Shown one piece after another: positions 58,622-64,000 of a stretch of 64,000 bases of DNA. Made by a program: the position numbers and the translations under genes. The DNA is from Synechococcus sp. ARS1019 (GTDB taxonomy: Bacteria > Cyanobacteriota > Cyanobacteriia > PCC-6307 > Cyanobiaceae). Location: assembly GCA_002690325.1 (NCBI GenBank), contig NZED01000032.1, positions 2,084-66,083 of the forward strand, written 5' to 3'. Every line of letters starts with the position of its first letter. The first letter of the stretch is position 1. A model generated the notes under the pieces. It did not search any database. It was given only the letters and a program-made list of their open reading frames with translations, and was not told the origin of the DNA.

Positions 58622-58945
58622 ATGGACGACACCACCCGCAGCCGAATTGAAGGCCTCGTCGCCTCCAGCCCGATTTTCGTATTTATGAAGGGCTCGAAAC
58701 TGATGCCTCAGTGCGGTTTCTCGAACAACGTTGTTCAGATCTTGCATTCACTGGGCGTGAGCTTCGAAACCTTTGATGTTCTCTCTGACATGGAGATTCG
58801 TCAGGGCATCAAAGAGTTCTCCAACTGGCCAACGATTCCTCAGGTGTATGTGAAGGGAGAATTTATTGGCGGTTCAGACATCCTGATCGAGATGTACAAC
58901 GCCGGAGAACTGCGCGAAAAGCTGGAAATCGCCCTGGCGAGCTGA
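58622..58945 (+). CDS. grxD: Monothiol glutaredoxin (Grx4 family)
   Basis: FMKG, PQCGFS, WPTIPQ, GGSD. Confidence 0.96.
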   Translation: MDDTTRSRIEGLVASSPIFVFMKGSKLMPQCGFSNNVVQILHSLGVSFETFDVLSDMEIRQGIKEFSNWPTIPQVYVKGEFIGGSDILIEMYNAGELREKLEIALAS

Positions 58946-58947
58946 TT

Positions 58948-59220
58948 TCAGTACCTCTGTGGTTGACGTGAGTACAGCGTGCTCACGTCTCCATCGGGCC
59001 CGATGAAGCTGGATGGGTCAAGAATCCAGCGATCGATCAATTGCTCGAGCCGATCTTGCTGGCGTGGATCAAGAGATCCGGTCTTGCGCAAGGCGTGCAG
59101 ATAGCCGTCGGCATACAGCCGTAGTTCCGATGGCGAGTGGTAGCGCGTTGTCAGTTCCTGACATGCATCACACAATGACTGGAAATGTCTGATGGCATCA
59201 GGGTCTTCGAGGGACTTCAT
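58948..59220 (-). CDS. Conserved cyanobacterial protein (DUF6761-like)
   Basis: IRHFQSLCDA...ELRLYADGYLHALR; divergent from the NrrA-like regulator. Confidence 0.7.
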   Translation of the reverse strand: MKSLEDPDAIRHFQSLCDACQELTTRYHSPSELRLYADGYLHALRKTGSLDPRQQDRLEQLIDRWILDPSSFIGPDGDVSTLYSRQPQRY

Positions 59221-59230
59221 CTGTGAGACA

Positions 59231-59272
59231 GCTGCCTCTGCTACCAGCGTGACAGGAATTTCCGCTTAGCGT
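59231..59272 (+). promoter_or_regulatory. Possible degenerate NtcA-type promoter of the NrrA-like gene
   Basis: GCT-N8-TAC (59231-59244), N22, TAGCGT (59267-59272). The consensus is GTA-N8-TAC-N22-TAN3T, so the left half-site is poor. Confidence 0.3.
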
Positions 59273-59293
59273 AGTCACGCCTGGATCGACCTA

Positions 59294-60061
59294 GTGACTT
59301 CGACCCCCCGAGATTTAACCGCTGACGCCCCGGACCCGGGTGCTCTTTCCCTCCCCGATCCTGGATCGGGAACGGGCCGAGAGCCCTCACGGGTGCTTGT
59401 TGTTGAGCCCCACCCCACGCTGCGCACGGTGTTGGTTCAACGGTTGCGTCAAGACGGTCATCTCACCGCTGCCGTTAGTCGCGCTGTCGAAGCGTTAGAG
59501 CTCTGCCAAGACCAGTCTCCGGATTTGCTTGTCAGCGCTGAAATTCTCGATCAGAGCTCAGCGCTCCGTTTGTCTGAGCATCTGCGTTGCCCGGTCATCG
59601 TGCTGACGGCACGCACGGGGGCAGAGCCAGTGGTTGGCCTTCTCGATGACGGGGCCGATGACGTGTTGCGTAAACCCTTCGGACTAGAAGAGCTCGCGGC
59701 TCGCTGCCGCACGCTGTTGAAACGTGGCCATACCGGATTGCAAGAGCGGGTCACCGTTGGCCCGCTGGAAGTTCACCTGCTGCTTCGCCAGGTCACGCTT
59801 CGGGAAAAGCCAGTGGAGCTCAGCCCACGAGAATTTGCCCTGCTGTGTGCCCTGCTGATGCCACCCGGGCTTGTGCGCAGCCGACAGGAGCTGCTGCGGA
59901 TGGCATGGCCCCCATTTAGTGGTGGGCCCCGGTCGGTCGATACTCAAATTTTGACTTTGCGCCGCAAACTCGAGCAGGCTGGGTTGGGTGAAGGCGGCGG
60001 GATCACCACCGTTCGTCAACGGGGCTATCGCTTCAGCCTGGATAGCTTGCCGGGACATTGA
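59294..60061 (+). CDS. OmpR-family response regulator, NrrA-like, with atypical receiver
   Basis: VVEPHPTLR, GADDVLRKPFG, SRQELLRMAWP...PRSVDTQILTLRRKLE resemble cyanobacterial NrrA; no Asp at the phospho-acceptor position (DLLVSAE). Confidence 0.85.
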   Translation: MTSTPRDLTADAPDPGALSLPDPGSGTGREPSRVLVVEPHPTLRTVLVQRLRQDGHLTAAVSRAVEALELCQDQSPDLLVSAEILDQSSALRLSEHLRCPVIVLTARTGAEPVVGLLDDGADDVLRKPFGLEELAARCRTLLKRGHTGLQERVTVGPLEVHLLLRQVTLREKPVELSPREFALLCALLMPPGLVRSRQELLRMAWPPFSGGPRSVDTQILTLRRKLEQAGLGEGGGITTVRQRGYRFSLDSLPGH

Positions 60062-60578
60062 TCCAGCCCTGGACTATCGCCAGGCCTGTTATTAACTCTC
60101 CGACCACCATCAAGGCAGACATTCCTGCCAATGCTTGGTAGGTCCAAGGGGGGGTTAAGCGACCGATTCCGGACGTGTCGACCGATGAGCGTTCATGAAG
60201 AGTTGAGAGGAAAGCATCGAATCGCTCAATGCGCTGCGGCAGTAACTGATGGTTCAAGTCCGCTGACTTGAGGTAGTACACAGTTCCGCCCTGGCTGGTG
60301 CCGACCGGAACAAGGGCACGGATGTCGCCCCAGCGCATGGACCAGCCGCGTCGGAGTAGCCAACGGATCCAGGTCGGGTACCGCACTGTGATTCCGGTGT
60401 CATCAGTCTCCACCTGCTCACTGAGTAGGCCCATCACAAGAACGAGTCCGAGCACTAAGCCCACCAGCATCGGGGTGTGTAGTGAGGCGGGCGCCAGGAT
60501 AGGCAGTGGCAGCACCAAGGCCACATAAAGGCACAGCAAGGTGAAACGGATCAGAGGCGACAGGCCAAAGCGTTCCAT
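60033..60578 (-). CDS. Conserved membrane protein
   Basis: SPLIRFTLLCLYVALVLPLP, TSQGGTVYY; three TM segments. Confidence 0.75.
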   Translation of the reverse strand: MERFGLSPLIRFTLLCLYVALVLPLPILAPASLHTPMLVGLVLGLVLVMGLLSEQVETDDTGITVRYPTWIRWLLRRGWSMRWGDIRALVPVGTSQGGTVYYLKSADLNHQLLPQRIERFDAFLSTLHERSSVDTSGIGRLTPPWTYQALAGMSALMVVGELITGLAIVQGWINVPASYPG

Positions 60579-60582
60579 TGGT

Positions 60583-60867
60583 TCAGCGGTCCTCAGGGGA
60601 GCCCGGTAACGGTTCAATCAAGGCAGACGGTGCATAGGCGCCACCGAAGACCTCTGCTTCGCGACCTTTCCAAAATTCACCCAAGCGAATCAAATCAGCG
60701 TGGGCTTCTTGAATTTTGGCGATGTAATCCTCAGGGCTCATCGACGCTTTTTGTTCTTTCAGCATCTGAAGCCTCAGCATCTGCAGATTCCAGGGTTTGG
60801 AGAGCTCCCCCCGTTGTTCGAGGTATTCCGCTAGCTCGCTTGAGGATGGCTGGGGTTCAGATGGCAT
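60583..60867 (-). CDS. Conserved hypothetical protein
   Basis: SKPWNLQMLRL...AHADLIRLGEFWKGREAEVF; ATG at 60867. Confidence 0.7.
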   Translation of the reverse strand: MPSEPQPSSSELAEYLEQRGELSKPWNLQMLRLQMLKEQKASMSPEDYIAKIQEAHADLIRLGEFWKGREAEVFGGAYAPSALIEPLPGSPEDR

Positions 60868-60902
60868 CACACCTTCGCTGTAACACCAGGCTAGGAACTG
60901 AA

Positions 60903-62453
60903 TCAGTCCGGCAGGGCCCATGGGTTGAGCCCTAGGTCGGCACCGACGCGATGGGCGCAGGCGAAACCGCTAAAGGCCACGGCATTCAATCCTTGGCCTG
61001 GGAAGCAGGAATCTCCCACGCAATAGAGGTTTTGGATGCCTGTTCGGTTGAAAGGCATCGGCAGCAAACCTGGTAATTGCATCGCAGGAATCGGACCGTA
61101 GCTGCCTTGGAATCGACCCAAAAAGCGGCGATGGCTGCGAGGAGTGCCGATTTCGCGGTGGGTGATGGCGTTGCTGAGCCCAGGAAGAATGGCCTCAAGC
61201 CGTTGAATGAGCTGGGCGGCATCGGCCTCCTTTTTCTGTCTGTACTCGCTCGGGGACAGACCTTTCCAGGTCTCCATCGAGGAAGGGGTGAAGGTGTGCA
61301 CGATGTGATGCCCCTTTGGAGCGAGATCCGGATCCAGCAGGGATGGCATCGAAACGAAAATGACTCCCTGTTCGTCTTCCATCCGCTCCCAGTCTTCGAG
61401 GAGAAGGTGATGACAGTGGGTGCCCTGGGGGATCACATCGGCTCGAACGCCCAGATGCAGTGAAAGGAACGATGGCGAGGGCACATATCGACGGCGCCAA
61501 ACCTCTTCCTTGGCAGGGGTGTTGGCCTGGTTCACTAGGGCCTGGGAGCTGCTGCTGTCCTGATCGCTGGCAAAGGTGTCCCAGCGTGTGGCATTGGAGA
61601 TCACTCGTCGGGCCTGGATTCTTGATCCATCAGCGAGTTTCACGCCGGTGGCGTGTCCGTTCTCGATCTCGATTTCGGTGACCCGCGCTTGGTAGCGAAT
61701 CGCCCCGCCATGACGCTCGAGGCCTTGCACAAGCTTTTCGGCGATCACGCCGACGCCCCCTTTGGGGTAGTTGATGCCACCGGCATGCCGATCCGAAAAC
61801 ACCATGCCTGCATTAATCATCGGAGTTCGATCCGCAGGCATCACCGACCAGCAGAAACATTCGATGTCGATGAATTTGAGCAGCTGTTCATCGTTGATGT
61901 GCTGGCGTGCCACCGCACCAACGTTGAAGGGCAGCCACCGAGCCAGGCCTAGGCAGGCCAGGGGGGCTTTGAAAAACACCTTGGTGAGATAAGCAGGGTC
62001 CTCTAGCGACAGCAGAGGCATGGCATCGAGGCAGTTGAACACCTGCCAACAGGTGTCGTAAAAGCGACGAATGCCGGTTGCTTCGTGGGGGAACCGGGCG
62101 GATAGATCCGCGATGAACGTCTCGTAATCCCTGTCGACGGCGATGTTGAGACCACCAGGCATGTGGTATTCGAGCTGGGCCTGATCCGGGATGGTCTCGC
62201 AGTGTTCGTCGACATCAGCAAGGGCACGGGTGAGCAGGTTGGTGTAACCCTTTTCTCCGAAGCCAAAGATCATCGAGGCACCGACATCGAAGGTGTATCC
62301 CTCTCGTTTGAAGGCTCCTCCACTGCCACCTGGAATCAGATAGCGCTCCAGCACGAGCACCTTGGCCCCCTTGGCAGCGAGCTGACTGGCGGTGACGAGC
62401 CCGCCGATTCCTGAGCCGATCACCACGGCATCCCAGAGCTGCTGATCGGTCAT
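60903..62453 (-). CDS. crtH: Carotenoid isomerase
   Basis: IGSGIGG FAD motif, FDVGASMIFG, DIECFCWS, NYPKGG, VGDSCFPGQG. Confidence 0.94.
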   Translation of the reverse strand: MTDQQLWDAVVIGSGIGGLVTASQLAAKGAKVLVLERYLIPGGSGGAFKREGYTFDVGASMIFGFGEKGYTNLLTRALADVDEHCETIPDQAQLEYHMPGGLNIAVDRDYETFIADLSARFPHEATGIRRFYDTCWQVFNCLDAMPLLSLEDPAYLTKVFFKAPLACLGLARWLPFNVGAVARQHINDEQLLKFIDIECFCWSVMPADRTPMINAGMVFSDRHAGGINYPKGGVGVIAEKLVQGLERHGGAIRYQARVTEIEIENGHATGVKLADGSRIQARRVISNATRWDTFASDQDSSSSQALVNQANTPAKEEVWRRRYVPSPSFLSLHLGVRADVIPQGTHCHHLLLEDWERMEDEQGVIFVSMPSLLDPDLAPKGHHIVHTFTPSSMETWKGLSPSEYRQKKEADAAQLIQRLEAILPGLSNAITHREIGTPRSHRRFLGRFQGSYGPIPAMQLPGLLPMPFNRTGIQNLYCVGDSCFPGQGLNAVAFSGFACAHRVGADLGLNPWALPD

Positions 62454-62478
62454 GCCATCCCTTGCCTGCGAGCTGACG

Positions 62479-63450
62479 CTAAGAGGCCGCCTGCAGAGAT
62501 GAATCAGGGCGGTGAATCGGTGGCATCACGGTCAGGATGATTTCCGAGCGCACCGGTTGCTGGAGCTCCTGACTGCAACGGGCATCGATGTGGTGCCGCA
62601 AACCATCCACCACCGCACTGTCCATCGCTTCCAGTGGGTTGATGTAGACCACAACAAATGCAGTGCGCCCGAGCTGCTGAACGGTGAAATCCATCATCTG
62701 GAGCTGGAGCCCCGATAGTTCCTGCATCAGCACCTCTCGGGTTTGCTGAAGGATTTTTGGATCCGCGGCCCGGCCAGCGGCTTGAGACATCGCTTCCTTC
62801 AGGGCCCGCAGCGGTTCCAGCAGCAGCACAACGCTGACTGCAATCACCAGAAGTGCATCGGTAATCGGTGCGATCCCAGCCATGGCTGTGCCGCTCAGCC
62901 ATGGAGTGATCAACAACGCAAGGCCGGTGGCCATGGTGATCAAGGCATCGATGCGTGCATTGCGCGCTTCCGTGAGCAGCAACAGCGAAATGCGTCCCGT
63001 ACGGTGCCAATCATGGAAATGACGCCAGGCCAGCAGGCTGCACAGCACGGTGATCGCCAGGGTGTATCCCGCCACTGAGTGCAGTTGGAGGGCCGGAATC
63101 GTGTCGCCGCGAGCCCAATCAATCAGGGTTCCAGAGGCACTCCCCAGCCCGAATCCGATCACGCCAAGCAGCACCAAAGATCGGAACAGCACATACAGCG
63201 CTTCCTGGCCGTCATAGCCATAGGGCCAAGCCCGATCCGGTGGCCGGATGACGTTGCGACTGATGCGGCTGGCAATCAGCGACGACCCGACCAGAACAGC
63301 TGAGTACAGCCCATCGAGCAGCAGGGCAGAGGATCCACTGGCGACATGGGCAGCAAAGCCAGCGATGGCCATCACCGCATTCGCTCCAACACCGAAGCGC
63401 AGTGAGCGCTGTTCGATGGTTCGAGCTCGAGCGGTGTGTGCTGGGGTCAT
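62479..63450 (-). CDS. Cation diffusion facilitator (CDF) family transporter
   Basis: Six TM segments, [14 protein letters not shown]...E, cytosolic C-terminal domain. Confidence 0.8.
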   Translation of the reverse strand: MTPAHTARARTIEQRSLRFGVGANAVMAIAGFAAHVASGSSALLLDGLYSAVLVGSSLIASRISRNVIRPPDRAWPYGYDGQEALYVLFRSLVLLGVIGFGLGSASGTLIDWARGDTIPALQLHSVAGYTLAITVLCSLLAWRHFHDWHRTGRISLLLLTEARNARIDALITMATGLALLITPWLSGTAMAGIAPITDALLVIAVSVVLLLEPLRALKEAMSQAAGRAADPKILQQTREVLMQELSGLQLQMMDFTVQQLGRTAFVVVYINPLEAMDSAVVDGLRHHIDARCSQELQQPVRSEIILTVMPPIHRPDSSLQAAS

Positions 63451-64000
63451 ACCGCGATTGGATCTGTGATGAGGGTCTTGATTGCTTCCAGATCACTCAA
63501 GGCACGATCGCGATAAGCCCCGTAGCGGGCTCGCTTGTCGCGAATGCGCTCGGGAAGATCCGGCAGAAGACCAAAATTCGGCGGCATCGGTTGGAATTTT
63601 TTGGTTGGAGCCTCGCTAACGAAGTGCGTGAGTGCTCCACTCATCGTGGTGACGGGCAGCTCGATGGGCTGAAGACCGCGGGCAAGGCGAGCGGCGTTGG
63701 TTCCAGCGAGCCAGCCACCGGCGACGGCGGCGGCATACCCTTCCGTTCCAGTGATCTGACCAGCCGCCAGCAAGTGATGGCGTGTGCGGAACTGCAGGGT
63801 TGGTTGGAGCAGCTTGGGGGATTCGAGAAACGTGTTGCGGTGCATCACGCCAAACCGCACGAATTCAGCCTGTTCAAGCCCAGGAATCATCTGCAGCACA
63901 CGCTTCTGCTCTCCCCACTTCAAATTGGTCTGAAAGCCGACCAAATTCCATAGCCGTCCGTCTTTGTCCTCCTGGCGGAGCTGCACAACGGCATAGGCCC
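63447..64000 (-). CDS. trmFO: tRNA (uracil-54-C5)-methyltransferase TrmFO, 3' part (truncated by the window edge)
   Basis: [43 protein letters not shown]. Confidence 0.95.
   Translation of the reverse strand, partial: AYAVVQLRQEDKDGRLWNLVGFQTNLKWGEQKRVLQMIPGLEQAEFVRFGVMHRNTFLESPKLLQPTLQFRTRHHLLAAGQITGTEGYAAAVAGGWLAGTNAARLARGLQPIELPVTTMSGALTHFVSEAPTKKFQPMPPNFGLLPDLPERIRDKRARYGAYRDRALSDLEAIKTLITDPIAV

Noticed and set aside
1-64000. rRNA, tRNA, CRISPR array, integrase, transposase or integron attC sites
   Set aside because: Intergenic gaps are short. I saw no cloverleaf, regularly spaced repeat or recombinase motif by eye; a covariance-model scan was not possible.

Overview
This window is a gene-dense stretch of mostly core genome from a marine picocyanobacterium, most likely Synechococcus: it carries dvr/bciA, which Prochlorococcus lacks. 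The gene order is pepN, prs, dvr-malQ, phoB-phoR, clpC, lysA-cdaA-uppS-bioB-trhO, lipA-recR, psbP, rbp, crhR/deaD, recC-recB-recD, ycf54-pdxJ, bolA-grxD, an NrrA-like regulator, crtH and a partial trmFO. I saw no rRNA, tRNA, CRISPR array, integrase or transposase. The one clear accessory islet (about 3135-8770, visibly AT-richer) encodes a 1569-aa multidomain glycosyltransferase and a sulfotransferase. The glycosyltransferase has a degenerate FkbM-like domain, an Ig-like domain, a helical spacer and two GT4 domains, and is bracketed by a near-perfect 12-bp direct repeat. This pair is the best candidate for an undescribed system: a compact sulfated surface-glycan module. Other leads are similarly built structured 5' leaders on rbp and crhR, a hairpin-occluded RBS, a GST-DUF952 fusion, a metallophosphatase coupled to recCBD, a pseudo-receiver NrrA-like regulator, an uncalled 54-aa ORF and a probable CTG start for recR. 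All assignments come from motif recognition by eye; no searches were run.
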